A DNA stretch of 35,801 nucleotides from a virus (taxonomy: Duplodnaviria > Caudoviricetes): positions 1 to 35,801 of IMG/VR virus record IMGVR_UViG_3300032303_002091; one strand, written 5' to 3'. The translations under genes were made by a program, and so were the position numbers. Below, piece by piece: positions 7,378-17,512 of this stretch. Every line of letters starts with the position of its first letter. Position 1 is the stretch's first letter. The notes under the pieces were generated by a model. The model did not search any database. It was not told the origin of the DNA and saw nothing but the letters and a program-made list of their open reading frames with translations.

Positions 7378-9824
7378 TACTGAACCTTTTTGTATTTGTT
7401 ACCACTGGCAGTTGTGCCTTCTGCGCCACCGCCCATGGCCTTGTCCCAATCCAATTCCGGAGCACGACGACGCATGATTTCCAGTATGGTGTTGAATGCA
7501 GCCTGTTTCTGTGCGGGAGGTATTGTAGGATCTGCCAAACGACCAGCGGCTTCTTTATATGATTTGACATCCATGTCACTTTGCGGTCCTTCAAATCGTT
7601 GCACACCCATTAGCACTTGATTGGCCAGGGGTGCTATGGCAGCAATGGCCGTTGCGCCCGGTGTGCTGTAACCAAAGAAGTTGCCTGCACTGTCTACAAT
7701 AGTGCCAATACCGGATCCTGTACTTTGATCAATTAATTTTTTCATTTTTACTACATCAGGCAACAACTCTCGCGCAGTCTTGAGATTCTTTTGATCATCT
7801 TCATACTGCTTCTTATAAGTTTCTTGCCATGCTTTAGATCTTGCAAGAAATACATTTTGACTTTCATTTTCATAACCAGGATCTTGTCTAAAGCGTGGTG
7901 CAGGAGGTCCATACTGCGGTGTAATTGGCGCCGGTGCTGCCTGCGCAGGAGCGGCTCCAGTTGCAACTGTTACTGTACCACCACTATTCTTAGTCACTGT
8001 AATATTGCCATTGGCATCTGGTACCAATTGCTTGCCAGTGTTCAAGTCCATTAGGGGCGCGCCGGGCGTGTCAGTTGCATAACCAACTCTAACACCATTC
8101 TCTTGACTGAACTTGCCTGCTTCTCCTGCTGATGCCTTGTTAAAGCTCATAGGACCAGCATAGCGTAGGCCAATTGCGGCGGCATTTTCTGCTTTGGCGG
8201 CTGCTGTGCCAATACTTTGTACTTGTAAGTCTTTGGGATTGCCACGGAATGCCGCTCCACCTTGAATATTGATCAAGGCACTGTTGCCGGCACTGTCAAC
8301 GCCACTGCGATAACGATTGCCAGTTTTATTATCAACGTATACTTCAGCACTGACACTGGTGCCTTTGCCCAATGCTCCGCCCATTTGATTCAACTGTGCT
8401 TTTGTCAATGGTGTGCCATCTAATAAATTGCCCTGTAGCAGTTTGCCACTGGCACTGGTTTGTACTTCAACTGGCAACATGTTGCCTTGACTATCTTGAA
8501 TGCTGGATCTTGTCCAAGCATGTCCAATACCTAACTGTTCACCTTTTTCATTGGCCAAGTCGTTTAGGCCTACATGTTTGAACAACAAGTATTGTAGCCA
8601 ATCGCCTACTGAATTGCCTTCACTGCGTTTAGTAGCAACTCTTGCCAATTCATTTTGACTTAAATTAGGCAATGTGGCTTCTGCTGTGGCTTTGTTGTTT
8701 TCATTGGTAATCATTTCAGCAACACGATTACCTGCACGTTGTCTAATAAAAAGCGGTTGACTTGTGTCACTGCGTAATTGAATCAATGCTATGGGATCAT
8801 CTTGTGCGGCTTGATAACGATCAATGCCGGTTTGACTTGTTTGCATTGGTTGAGCACCCGGTTGTGCTTGCTGTGCGGCAGCACCACTGACTAATGGATT
8901 ACCATTGGCCAATAGTCTATCAAATATTGTTTTGACTTGTTGTTCACCGCCATTAGCCTGTGCAGCCTGCGGATTGATATAGCCACTCTTAATATAATTG
9001 GCAGCACCACGTGCGCCAGCAAAGTGAGCCAATGCTAAATTGTTGGGCGCAGGTTCAACGCCCTGTTGTTGTAGTCGTTGACCATTCAATGTGTTCAAAG
9101 TATTGAACGCACGAGTTTGATCATCACGATTTAATGATGTAATGGGTCTATTGGCAAAGTATGGATCTGCACGTTGTATATCTTGGTAAGCAGGAGCAGT
9201 GATACCAAATGCACCCCATGCTGTACTTTTTCTACGCCCTTGTTCATCTGCAGGAAAGTGATAGCCAATATCAAAGTTGCCACCGCTTTCTCTCTGTGCC
9301 GTGGCAGCCGCACTGTTAACAGGCTGTGCATTGGGATTAACTGGCGCAAGTTGTTGTTGTTGTGGTTGTTGTGGAGCATAAGCACTACCATAACGCAGGC
9401 CTGGTGCACCTTGTGCAGGACCTTGTGCAAGTCCATAATCTACCTGTGGCATTTCTGGAGCTATGGGCGCTGATACTGGCTGTTGATATTGTTGCTGTTG
9501 CTGTGTATAGCCAACGTTTTGACCCATGTTGCCAATGTTGTTGACACCGCGTTCTATATTGCTGACAAAGCGTTCTGGAGCATTTTGAATATTGTTTACT
9601 AAATTAGTACCGGCTTGTTGTACAGCCGTACCCAAGCGTTCAAAGTAATTGGGCTTGGGAACTTCTTGTGTGGTTGTGTGCGTTTGACTGCCGTCTTGGT
9701 ATTGTGTAACTTCCGTAGTGGCCACAGGCGTATTGCCTGCTTTGCGGTCTTCGTCTTCTTGGCGTTTACGGCGTTCTTCTTCCGTTTCTTCCATTTGTCC
9801 AGTTGTATAATTAAATTGTGGCAT
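7377..9824 (-). CDS. Internal virion (ejection) protein with lytic transglycosylase / lysozyme-like domain (815 aa)
   Basis: QRESGGN (catalytic Glu), STAWGAFGIT and LALAHFAGARGA motifs at about 9010-9300; position typical of podovirus ejection proteins. Confidence 0.8.
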   Translation of the reverse strand: MPQFNYTTGQMEETEEERRKRQEDEDRKAGNTPVATTEVTQYQDGSQTHTTTQEVPKPNYFERLGTAVQQAGTNLVNNIQNAPERFVSNIERGVNNIGNMGQNVGYTQQQQQYQQPVSAPIAPEMPQVDYGLAQGPAQGAPGLRYGSAYAPQQPQQQQLAPVNPNAQPVNSAAATAQRESGGNFDIGYHFPADEQGRRKSTAWGAFGITAPAYQDIQRADPYFANRPITSLNRDDQTRAFNTLNTLNGQRLQQQGVEPAPNNLALAHFAGARGAANYIKSGYINPQAAQANGGEQQVKTIFDRLLANGNPLVSGAAAQQAQPGAQPMQTSQTGIDRYQAAQDDPIALIQLRSDTSQPLFIRQRAGNRVAEMITNENNKATAEATLPNLSQNELARVATKRSEGNSVGDWLQYLLFKHVGLNDLANEKGEQLGIGHAWTRSSIQDSQGNMLPVEVQTSASGKLLQGNLLDGTPLTKAQLNQMGGALGKGTSVSAEVYVDNKTGNRYRSGVDSAGNSALINIQGGAAFRGNPKDLQVQSIGTAAAKAENAAAIGLRYAGPMSFNKASAGEAGKFSQENGVRVGYATDTPGAPLMDLNTGKQLVPDANGNITVTKNSGGTVTVATGAAPAQAAPAPITPQYGPPAPRFRQDPGYENESQNVFLARSKAWQETYKKQYEDDQKNLKTARELLPDVVKMKKLIDQSTGSGIGTIVDSAGNFFGYSTPGATAIAAIAPLANQVLMGVQRFEGPQSDMDVKSYKEAAGRLADPTIPPAQKQAAFNTILEIMRRRAPELDWDKAMGGGAEGTTASGNKYKKVQ

Positions 9825-9833
9825 AGTAGATCC

Positions 9834-10601
9834 TTAACCAAACAAATTCTTAGTGCTTAATTCGTACTTGGTTGAATTTGTAGTACCGCCTTGCGTGCCG
9901 GCAAAGTTAGCATTATAACTTTGAGCAGGTGTGCCATACAATATGCTGGCATATTGATTGTACAATTGTTGCGGTGTCATTGCGGCTGTGATCTGTTGTC
10001 CAGCGGCACCCAATGCTTGTCCAATACCGCCCTGTCCCAACTGTGCTAAACTATTGGCAGCAGCCATACGCTGTGCCGCAGTGTCTTTTTGTACTTGTGC
10101 GGCAATGCCGGCCATTTGCGCTTGATTCTGGCCGGCCAATTGGCGATCCGCCAGGGCCTGACGAGCCGATCCTAAATTACCGGTACCACCGAATTGTGCA
10201 TTACGATTGGCCACGTTTTGTTGATATTGCATTTGCGCTGGCGTCATGGCCGCACGTATTTGATTGGCTTCATAATTGGGATCAAACAAACTTTGTAATC
10301 CACTAATACCACTACGCAAGGCCGACTCACCGGTACCGCCCAGGGTTTCTTGTGCTTGTTGCGCCTGGGTGCCTAAGTTTTGCGCCGCGCCTAATACGCC
10401 TGCGGCATTGTTGTTGTACATGTCCACAGCACCTCTAATGGCTTCTTGGTAAGCAGGTATGATACCCATGCCATTACCAACCCTTTGACCAGTGATAGGA
10501 TCAAAGCCAGTTAAAAAGCCTGTTTGTGCATTTATGGCAGCATCTTGCGCTTTACTTAGTGTTGGGATATACGTTGATGATCCACTGCTTTTTCCACCCA
10601 T
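9834..10601 (-). CDS. Putative DNA ejection / pilot protein (255 aa)
   Basis: MGGKSSGSS start, Gln/Ala/Gly-rich, GNLGSARQA motif typical of podovirus DNA-transfer proteins. Confidence 0.65.
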   Translation of the reverse strand: MGGKSSGSSTYIPTLSKAQDAAINAQTGFLTGFDPITGQRVGNGMGIIPAYQEAIRGAVDMYNNNAAGVLGAAQNLGTQAQQAQETLGGTGESALRSGISGLQSLFDPNYEANQIRAAMTPAQMQYQQNVANRNAQFGGTGNLGSARQALADRQLAGQNQAQMAGIAAQVQKDTAAQRMAAANSLAQLGQGGIGQALGAAGQQITAAMTPQQLYNQYASILYGTPAQSYNANFAGTQGGTTNSTKYELSTKNLFG

Positions 10602-10627
10602 AGTATTATTTCCTTAAATGTTATGTA

Positions 10628-10633
10628 TATTTA
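10628..10633 (-). promoter_or_regulatory. TAAATA late-promoter-like motif
   Basis: CTAAATATACATAACATTTAAGGAAATAATACTATG upstream of 9834..10601. Confidence 0.6.
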
Positions 10634-13600
10634 GCCGCCAAGAGCAGCCACAATTGCATCATACTGTGCTTGTGTGATTACACCTTGCTCTAAGGCCGCT
10701 TGTGCATCTTCTATACTCTTGTAACCCATGGTGGCATCTGCACGTGCCTGCGCTGTTGGCATAACAATGGGTGCTATAGATCCCATGGCTGGTTGATTGG
10801 CCACGGCCGCATTATACTGTTGTATTCTTGTAGCAGGCGCGGCGGTGGGCGCTTGGTAAGTGCCGTTCATGATGGCCTGCATGTCTTGTGGACTTAATGC
10901 TTTGGCCACGCTTTGTATGCCAAAAGGTGTTTGTGGTCCTTGACCTTGCTGTGCAAAGCTGGGATTAAAATTGGGTGCATACTGGAATGGATGAGCACCC
11001 CAATAGTATTTGCTTTGTGCATCATTGGTTGTGTTGTAAAAAGGTGTTGCTCTAATTAGGCCAGGATTTAATCCATAATAGCCAGTGTCAGCAGTAGGTG
11101 GCACATATGGTGGTGTCACTGGAGGAACAACAGGCGGAACATATGGTGGTGTCACTGGAGGAACTACGGGCGGTACAACTGGAGGAACTACTGGAGGAAC
11201 TGGGGGTTCAACGACTGGAGGAACTGGGGGTTCAACGACTGGAGGTACCGGTGGTTCAACAACTGGAGGTACCGGTGGTTCAACAACTGGAGGCTCAGGC
11301 GGCACTACTGGTCCAATTACCGGAGGTTCAACTATTGGAGGAACAGGTATTACCGGAGGTAACGGTGTTGGTGTAACTGGTCCTACTACCGGAGGATTTA
11401 CAACAGGAGTTATTGGAGTAGTTATTGGTGTTGTCACCGGAGTAGTAACCGGAGTAGTAACTGGAGTAGTAACTGGAGTAGTAACTGGAGTAGTTACAGG
11501 TGTGGCTACCGGTGTTGTTACCGGTGTTGTTACCGGTGTAGTAACTGGTGTAGTAACTGGTGTAGTAACTGGTGTAGTAACTGGTGTAGTAACTGGTGTA
11601 GTAACTGGTGTTGTAACAGGCGTCTCGGTAGGCACAACTGGACCAACAGGAGTTTCAACTGGAGTTGTCACTGGAGTAACTACAGGAGTTTCGGTAGGTG
11701 TCACTGTAGGCACAACTGGACCAGTAGGTGTAATTATAGGTGTAGTAACCGGAGTAGTAACAGGCGTAGTCACCGGTGGCGTTACAATAGGACCAACCGG
11801 AGTTGTCACCGGTGTTTCAACAGGTGTTATAGTAGGCACAACTGGACCAACAGGAGTTTCAACCGGAGTTGTTGGTGTCGTCGGTGTAATTACCGGAGTC
11901 GTCACCGGTATCTCTATAGGTGTTGTCGTAGGCACAACAGGTCCAGTAGGTGTAATTACCGGTGTCTCAACAGGAGTTGTAATAGGTGTAGTAACAGGAG
12001 GCACCACTGTAGGACCAGTAGGTGTAACTACAGGAGTTTCAACTGGTGTTATAGGAGGATACGTTATTGGTGTAGTAACAGGAGTGGTTACAGGAGGTTG
12101 CGGAACAAAGATAGGCGGCACATACGGAGTATAAGGAATTTGAAACGGTTCCGTTACTGGATATATCTCAGGCGGTTGATAAGGTGTGGTCACCGGAGTT
12201 GTAACAGGAGTTTCAACCGGAGTTTCAACAGGCACAACTGGTCCAACAGGAGTTTCAACCGGAGTTTCAACAGGAGTTGTTGGCGTTACCGGAGTTTCAA
12301 CAGGCACAACCGGTCCAACAGGAGTTTCAACCGGAGTCGTTGGTGTCACTGGAGTTTCAACAGGCGCAGTTGGTGTTGGTTGTGTTACTGGAGTAGGTGT
12401 TACTGGTATATAAGGATAGATATCCGGCGTATATGGTATTGTAGGAATCTCCGGAGGAGTTTCAACCGGAGTCTCAACAGGCACAACTGGACCAACAGGA
12501 GTCTCAACAGGCGTTCTTGGAGCTGTAATAACTATCTCAGGTAATTCTGTTATAGGAGTTGAAGGCGTTGTTACTGGAGTTGTCACAGGCGTAGTTGAAG
12601 GTGGAGTAAACTCTGCCGGCAAGTTACCAGTACTGCGTAAGGCATCCAACATTTGTTGTTCGTTTTGATTTAATTCGCCAGAACGAAATGCCAGTTGCAA
12701 CGCTATAATAGCAGGATTGGCAATGCGTAGACCTGTTGCTATGGCTTCGCTAATGCTGGTACCAATTGTAGTTAAGAAATTGTTCAAGGCCGGTATTTTG
12801 GTGGCAGCATCGGCACTGGCAGCCGCACTGGCAATGGCTTTGGCAATGGCTTCATTGGCCAATACTCTTGCATTTTCAAATGCAATTTTATCTGCGCCTG
12901 GGCCGGCAAAGGCCACAGGACTATTGGCCAAACCTTCTGCAACGGCATCATTGATAGCATCAAAATCTGGATTGCCAGTATTGCTCTTATATGGCCCAAA
13001 GTCTGGCATTGTTGGCAACTCGGGTGGTGTAAATGGTGTTTCCACAGGCGTAGTAGGAGTTGTGGGAGTTTCAACCGGTGCTACAGGAGTTACTGGCGTT
13101 TCAACAACAGGCGGTGTATATGGTGTTTCAACAACAGGCGGTGTATACACTGGAGTGTATACCGGAGGAACATAAGGAGTATAATCCGGTATAGTAGGCA
13201 CAGTGAATACAGGTTCGCTGGGTTGCAGGCCTAATCCACCAGTACCGCCGGGAGGTACAAGACTATAGTCAACGCCGGGCGTTGTTGGAGTTGATGGAAA
13301 CGTTTGAATAGGTCCTGTTGTGTAATCTTTACCACCTTGATAACCACCTTGTCCTTGCGGTCCATTACCAATGCCGCCACCCATAAAGTCACCGTCATCA
13401 CCGCTGGGTGCATTTATTTCTTGATTAGGTTGTAATGGCGGAGCAACAGGCGCCACTACCGGAGCGGGTGCCGGAGCAGGAGCGGGAGGCGGAGTGTAAA
13501 TGGGTGCGGGCGGTGCTTCTGGTTGCGGATTATATATAGGCGTGTCGGGCACTTCATATACTGGTTGATAAACAGGAGGAGGCGGAGTATATGGCGCAGG

Positions 13601-13996
13601 TTCGGGCTGTGGAGGAGGAGCAGGAGGCTCATAACGTTCTACCGGAGGAAGATTATCCGGAACAGGTGCTACGTATGGAGGATAGTATGGTTCTGGCTCG
13701 GGAGCAGGTGCTACGTATGGAGGATAATATGGTTCTGGTTCGGGAGCAGGTGCTACATATGGAGGATAATATGGTTCTGGTTCAGGAGCAGGTGCTACGT
13801 ACGGAGGATAATATGGATCTGGTTCAGGCGCTGGAGGTGTGTATGGCGCAGGAGGTGGTTCATAATAGGTAGGCTGTTCAATGGGGGGATAGTATGGAGC
13901 AGGATCAGGAACATAGCCTCCACCGCCACCGAAAAAAGGCTGTTCATAGCCTTGATCATACTGTTCGTACATTAGGTCAAAATCACCACTGTCCAT
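10631..13996 (-). CDS. Large Pro/Thr/Val-rich mucin-like repeat protein (1121 aa), probably virion-associated
   Basis: GGAG SD; TTPV, ETPV, PPVV and PEPEPYYPPYVAP repeats; lies between the nozzle region and the ejection genes. Confidence 0.85.
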   Translation of the reverse strand: MDSGDFDLMYEQYDQGYEQPFFGGGGGYVPDPAPYYPPIEQPTYYEPPPAPYTPPAPEPDPYYPPYVAPAPEPEPYYPPYVAPAPEPEPYYPPYVAPAPEPEPYYPPYVAPVPDNLPPVERYEPPAPPPQPEPAPYTPPPPVYQPVYEVPDTPIYNPQPEAPPAPIYTPPPAPAPAPAPVVAPVAPPLQPNQEINAPSGDDGDFMGGGIGNGPQGQGGYQGGKDYTTGPIQTFPSTPTTPGVDYSLVPPGGTGGLGLQPSEPVFTVPTIPDYTPYVPPVYTPVYTPPVVETPYTPPVVETPVTPVAPVETPTTPTTPVETPFTPPELPTMPDFGPYKSNTGNPDFDAINDAVAEGLANSPVAFAGPGADKIAFENARVLANEAIAKAIASAAASADAATKIPALNNFLTTIGTSISEAIATGLRIANPAIIALQLAFRSGELNQNEQQMLDALRSTGNLPAEFTPPSTTPVTTPVTTPSTPITELPEIVITAPRTPVETPVGPVVPVETPVETPPEIPTIPYTPDIYPYIPVTPTPVTQPTPTAPVETPVTPTTPVETPVGPVVPVETPVTPTTPVETPVETPVGPVVPVETPVETPVTTPVTTPYQPPEIYPVTEPFQIPYTPYVPPIFVPQPPVTTPVTTPITYPPITPVETPVVTPTGPTVVPPVTTPITTPVETPVITPTGPVVPTTTPIEIPVTTPVITPTTPTTPVETPVGPVVPTITPVETPVTTPVGPIVTPPVTTPVTTPVTTPIITPTGPVVPTVTPTETPVVTPVTTPVETPVGPVVPTETPVTTPVTTPVTTPVTTPVTTPVTTPVTTPVTTPVTTPVATPVTTPVTTPVTTPVTTPVTTPVTTPITTPITPVVNPPVVGPVTPTPLPPVIPVPPIVEPPVIGPVVPPEPPVVEPPVPPVVEPPVPPVVEPPVPPVVEPPVPPVVPPVVPPVVPPVTPPYVPPVVPPVTPPYVPPTADTGYYGLNPGLIRATPFYNTTNDAQSKYYWGAHPFQYAPNFNPSFAQQGQGPQTPFGIQSVAKALSPQDMQAIMNGTYQAPTAAPATRIQQYNAAVANQPAMGSIAPIVMPTAQARADATMGYKSIEDAQAALEQGVITQAQYDAIVAALGG
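11191..11293. repeat. 24-bp coding tandem repeat, about 4 copies (PPVVEPPV)
   Basis: ACTGGAGGAACTGGGGGTTCAACG-like units. Confidence 0.85.
11427..11620. repeat. 12-bp coding tandem repeat, about 16 copies (TTPV)
   Basis: GGTGTAGTAACT / GGAGTAGTAACT units. Confidence 0.95.
13665..13832. repeat. 42-bp coding tandem repeat, 4 copies (APEPEPYYPPYVAP)
   Basis: Units start at 13665, 13707, 13749 and 13791. Confidence 0.9.
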
Positions 13997-14016
13997 AATT
14001 GTTCTCCGTTATAGTA

Positions 14017-14022
14017 TACTTA
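14017..14022 (-). promoter_or_regulatory. TAAGTA variant late-promoter-like motif
   Basis: GATAAGTATACTATAACGGAGAACAATTATG upstream of 10631..13996. Confidence 0.5.
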
Positions 14023-14026
14023 TCTG

Positions 14027-15214
14027 TTAGCGTTTGATCAGCTGAGCAGTAAAACTTCTAATGCCCAATGTGCTGGCACCCAGGATCAGTTTGGTATCTT
14101 CGCCTGCTTCTAATGGCGGCATAGTCAATTGAAACGCATATAGATATAGACCGCGGCCTGGCGCATCAATAATGTTGTTAAACACTATATCACCAAAATC
14201 ATTGATCTTAATGGTGTCATCGGGTTCAGTTTGCGCTTCTATGGCTGTGGGTATGCTGACCACTGTGCCGTCATACTGCCACAGATATCCATTATAGGCC
14301 AAGCCCTGTGCATATATGCCTTGCGGACCAATATTGGGCGCAGTGGTTCGCTGTACAGCACGGTATCTGTTTATTTCTAAATTAACAAAAACCGGCCTAC
14401 TGCCTACAAATATCAACACATTGGTAAATGTCCACACTTTCAATTGACTCATTGTGCTACTGACAAATACTCTATCACTGGTGCCGGTCACGTTGACAAT
14501 GGCTTGATTGCCAGTAAAGAAACTTTGTCCTAAACCTTGTGTGTCTGCGTTGATTGTGATAGTGGCACCACTGACATATGCACCCCATGTAACTTCTAAT
14601 TCGCTCATGAGTATGACCTTAACAGGCGAACCATCATAGGGCGCCATGGCATACACAGTGTAAGTGCCATTGTAAGTGCTGGGCGTGGCACCCGCGATCA
14701 CAACTTGTTGTCCCAACACAAAAGGTTGAATGGTAAGATTTGTATAGGCAATGCCAGGCCTGCCCAAATTGCCATTGACTCTCACAGTTATAAAACGGCT
14801 GGTAGCGGCGCTGGGTACAGCACTGACAACAGGAATGCCTGCAGGATAAGTGGGACTGTAGGGAGCGGCCGCGGCTGGCAATGTGTTCCATAAAGGATAA
14901 GTCCAGCCATAACTTCGTCCTACGACAGCCGAGTCAGCATCGTCTCTATTGACACTGCCGGGTTGCGGCGGAGTATTATATTGCGCCAGACTGCCATATG
15001 GGCTGGCATCCTGCGCATCGTCCGGACCCAAGATAGGCATGCCGGTAAGATAAGTTTGCACTACACTATTGGTTATGGTGCCCAGTGTGCCGTTGGTTCT
15101 TATGCCTATGGCATTCATACCTTGAAAGTTTTGTCCAATGCCGCTGGGCCCGCTTAAGAGATAGTTTAAGGCATCAACTATGCTACTGCTGTTGTCAACA
15201 GGATAATGACTCAT
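14027..15214 (-). CDS. Putative tail-associated virion protein (395 aa)
   Basis: Start at MSHYPVD via TAATG coupling with the nozzle stop. Contains PFVLGQQVVIAGATPSTYNGTYTV, the same module that is repeated in the fibre protein. Confidence 0.7.
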   Translation of the reverse strand: MSHYPVDNSSSIVDALNYLLSGPSGIGQNFQGMNAIGIRTNGTLGTITNSVVQTYLTGMPILGPDDAQDASPYGSLAQYNTPPQPGSVNRDDADSAVVGRSYGWTYPLWNTLPAAAAPYSPTYPAGIPVVSAVPSAATSRFITVRVNGNLGRPGIAYTNLTIQPFVLGQQVVIAGATPSTYNGTYTVYAMAPYDGSPVKVILMSELEVTWGAYVSGATITINADTQGLGQSFFTGNQAIVNVTGTSDRVFVSSTMSQLKVWTFTNVLIFVGSRPVFVNLEINRYRAVQRTTAPNIGPQGIYAQGLAYNGYLWQYDGTVVSIPTAIEAQTEPDDTIKINDFGDIVFNNIIDAPGRGLYLYAFQLTMPPLEAGEDTKLILGASTLGIRSFTAQLIKR

Positions 15215-17136
15215 TATCTGTCGTCCTCTGTTTGTGTAAACTGCCAAGTAATGGCTGCACAGATCCAAGTATCGGTAGCGCTGGCATCACCCATTTCAAT
15301 ATTGTTAACACGAAAACTGTTTTGATTAATCTGCGCCCATGGATTATCAGTGTCCAATTGCACAGTGATGGGCGTTGAACTACTGCTGGCTGAGCCCACG
15401 CTGTTGGCACCTTCTATGGTAATGTCAATTGATCCAGTACTGGGCACAATTGTTATGCCACGTTGATCCACATTGTTAACTTCAGGCAAGATGCGATGCA
15501 CCATCATTTTGCCACTGTAGTCTTTTAACAGTTTGATATTGTCTCGTCTAAATACCGAAGTGATGGTGCCAGTAGGATTGGTGCCTGTCACCAAGAATTC
15601 TGTGCCTTGATCCTTCATTACAAGTTTGCCGCCGGCAGCACCTTGAGCATAGACTACACAGCGACTGGCAGGATCATTAAACCATGTTGAACTGCCCACA
15701 TCATATGACCATACTGGACTTTCTATAGTAAAGATAGCATTGACCACATCACGCGGTGCATTCCAAACATCTAAGTCATAACGATAACTCAACATCTTGT
15801 TGGGCACACCATTGTCGGCGGTTGTGGTAGGATAGTATATTTCAATTTGATTCTTTTGTGTGTTGACTTCCATATGAATCATGTCAGTATAGGCAGGATC
15901 CAATTGGTCGTAGAACCAATTCTTAACACGTTGATTGCCTATGCCGGTAAACTGTTGCCCATCAAACATCCATATGTCGCGAGCGTCAATACCATAGACT
16001 ATCTTGTCTGTGTTGACACTGCAACTGGGATTGAGTAGGCCTCTGCCGGTATTGAATAATCTCACGCCCAAGATAGGATCGCTGGTAGTGGTATAGTTCA
16101 ATGGACTCAATACCACAGTGTCCCAGTAGCTACAAACATACAGTTGACCATTGGAAGGAAAAGCATCTTGCAAGGGTCCACGCAAAGGCATGCCCAATTG
16201 GTCTGCCACGTTGACCAATAGGTTAGGTTCCCATGTTGCGGGCATTTGATTAAGCCCAAAGGCCTGACTCCATGATATGGTAGTGGGATATCTTGTCACA
16301 ACACTATCAACATCGGTTATGGTTAAATCTCCTGCTACCAAGATACTGCCAACGTTGGGACTGGCAAACATGCGTACAAAGCCAGCCTTAAGGCTTGTCC
16401 ATGTTTCGGGCAAATAGTTCCACACATAACTTTGATTCACTGTGGGCGCCACACCTATGGCAATGCTGGTCAAAGGACACTCAATATCCACGTAAGTTGT
16501 AGTTGAATCTAATACCAACCAGTTGTTGTTGAAGTTGGCAGTATTGGCATTTTGCACTAACACATAACCACCTATGTCAAAAGGTATCGTGGCCTGTGAT
16601 GTGGTATAGTTAATTCTAACTACACCGGCACTGGGATATGATAGTGAACTAAATGGCAATTCAGTTAGTGTACCATAACGCACTAATACAGGAGCACCTG
16701 TGCCTACATCTGGCCAAAACATGGGATTGCCTACATTATCATTAAACACCGGCACTGTGCCATTCCAACTTTCTGTTATGTTGGTAGCTATGGTATAACC
16801 CGCTATGGCAGGTTGCAAGGTGTCACCTTCGTTGGGCGTAATCTTTTCCCACGTAGTATTTGTAGTGGCATACCAGTCTCCTTCAACGTTGGCCACTACA
16901 AACCAAAAGTTGCCATCTTGTCTATAACTGCCGGTAACAAAGATAGGAGTGCCAGGCACTGTGTCTAATATCTCTTGATCTCCATACACTGACTTGATAC
17001 CACGAACATCTGTTTCTACGTTTGATCCTTGATTGTATTCGTTTGGTCCTAATGCTGTTGATGGCACGTCGGGCGTGAATGACATCTTGCTAAATGGTAT
17101 GCGGGTCTCTTCGTAACTGCTTTGTATCTGTGGCAT
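15214..17136 (-). CDS. Tail nozzle / head-closure protein (P22 gp10 or T7 tail tubular B-like, 640 aa)
   Basis: Size, beta-propeller-like aromatic pattern, GRGLLNPSCSV...IWMFDGQQF...VKNWFY...EIYYP...MLSYRYDLDVW motifs, and position before the ejection genes. Confidence 0.75.
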   Translation of the reverse strand: MPQIQSSYEETRIPFSKMSFTPDVPSTALGPNEYNQGSNVETDVRGIKSVYGDQEILDTVPGTPIFVTGSYRQDGNFWFVVANVEGDWYATTNTTWEKITPNEGDTLQPAIAGYTIATNITESWNGTVPVFNDNVGNPMFWPDVGTGAPVLVRYGTLTELPFSSLSYPSAGVVRINYTTSQATIPFDIGGYVLVQNANTANFNNNWLVLDSTTTYVDIECPLTSIAIGVAPTVNQSYVWNYLPETWTSLKAGFVRMFASPNVGSILVAGDLTITDVDSVVTRYPTTISWSQAFGLNQMPATWEPNLLVNVADQLGMPLRGPLQDAFPSNGQLYVCSYWDTVVLSPLNYTTTSDPILGVRLFNTGRGLLNPSCSVNTDKIVYGIDARDIWMFDGQQFTGIGNQRVKNWFYDQLDPAYTDMIHMEVNTQKNQIEIYYPTTTADNGVPNKMLSYRYDLDVWNAPRDVVNAIFTIESPVWSYDVGSSTWFNDPASRCVVYAQGAAGGKLVMKDQGTEFLVTGTNPTGTITSVFRRDNIKLLKDYSGKMMVHRILPEVNNVDQRGITIVPSTGSIDITIEGANSVGSASSSSTPITVQLDTDNPWAQINQNSFRVNNIEMGDASATDTWICAAITWQFTQTEDDR

Positions 17137-17156
17137 AGGTAATCCTCGTTATTGTA

Positions 17157-17162
17157 TATTTA
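17157..17162 (-). promoter_or_regulatory. TAAATA late-promoter-like motif
   Basis: CTAAATATACAATAACGAGGATTACCTATG upstream of the nozzle gene. Confidence 0.65.
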
Positions 17163-17195
17163 GCGAAGATAAGATAGAGCAAAGATTGAAATCTT

Positions 17196-17489
17196 TTAAT
17201 CCAAACTATTGTCAATTTCTAATACGTTGAAATCCGTTGTGCGGTACAAGGCATTCATTCGTTCCATCATGTTGTAAGCATGTGCTGGATTGTTGTAGGC
17301 AGTGCGTGGATACTTCATTGAGTGTTCCATTCGGTATGTGCGTCTTATGCCAATTGGATTGCCTTGATATGTCACTACCCAAAGCCCTTTGACTTTGAGA
17401 ATTTCAGTTGAGTAGCCATTGTCATCCATGTGTTGCAGTATGATTTCTTTGTTGGGTCTGCCTACTTGTTTTGGTATTTCAATAAACAT
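17196..17489 (-). CDS. Hypothetical protein (97 aa)
   Basis: AAAGGA SD; TAAGTA motif at 17514-17519; GRP...KGLWVVTYQGNPI...KYPRTAYNNPAHA motifs. Confidence 0.85.
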   Translation of the reverse strand: MFIEIPKQVGRPNKEIILQHMDDNGYSTEILKVKGLWVVTYQGNPIGIRRTYRMEHSMKYPRTAYNNPAHAYNMMERMNALYRTTDFNVLEIDNSLD

Positions 17490-17512
17490 TTGTGTTCCTT
17501 TATGTTTGTAGT

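Noticed and set aside
11427-11620. Tandem repeats as a possible CRISPR array
   Set aside because: 12-bp in-frame coding units with no unique spacers, and no cas genes.
11085-13975. Long plus-strand ORFs (for example 11085..12134, GVVT repeats)
   Set aside because: Antisense shadows of the Pro/Thr repeat gene; no SD or promoter context.
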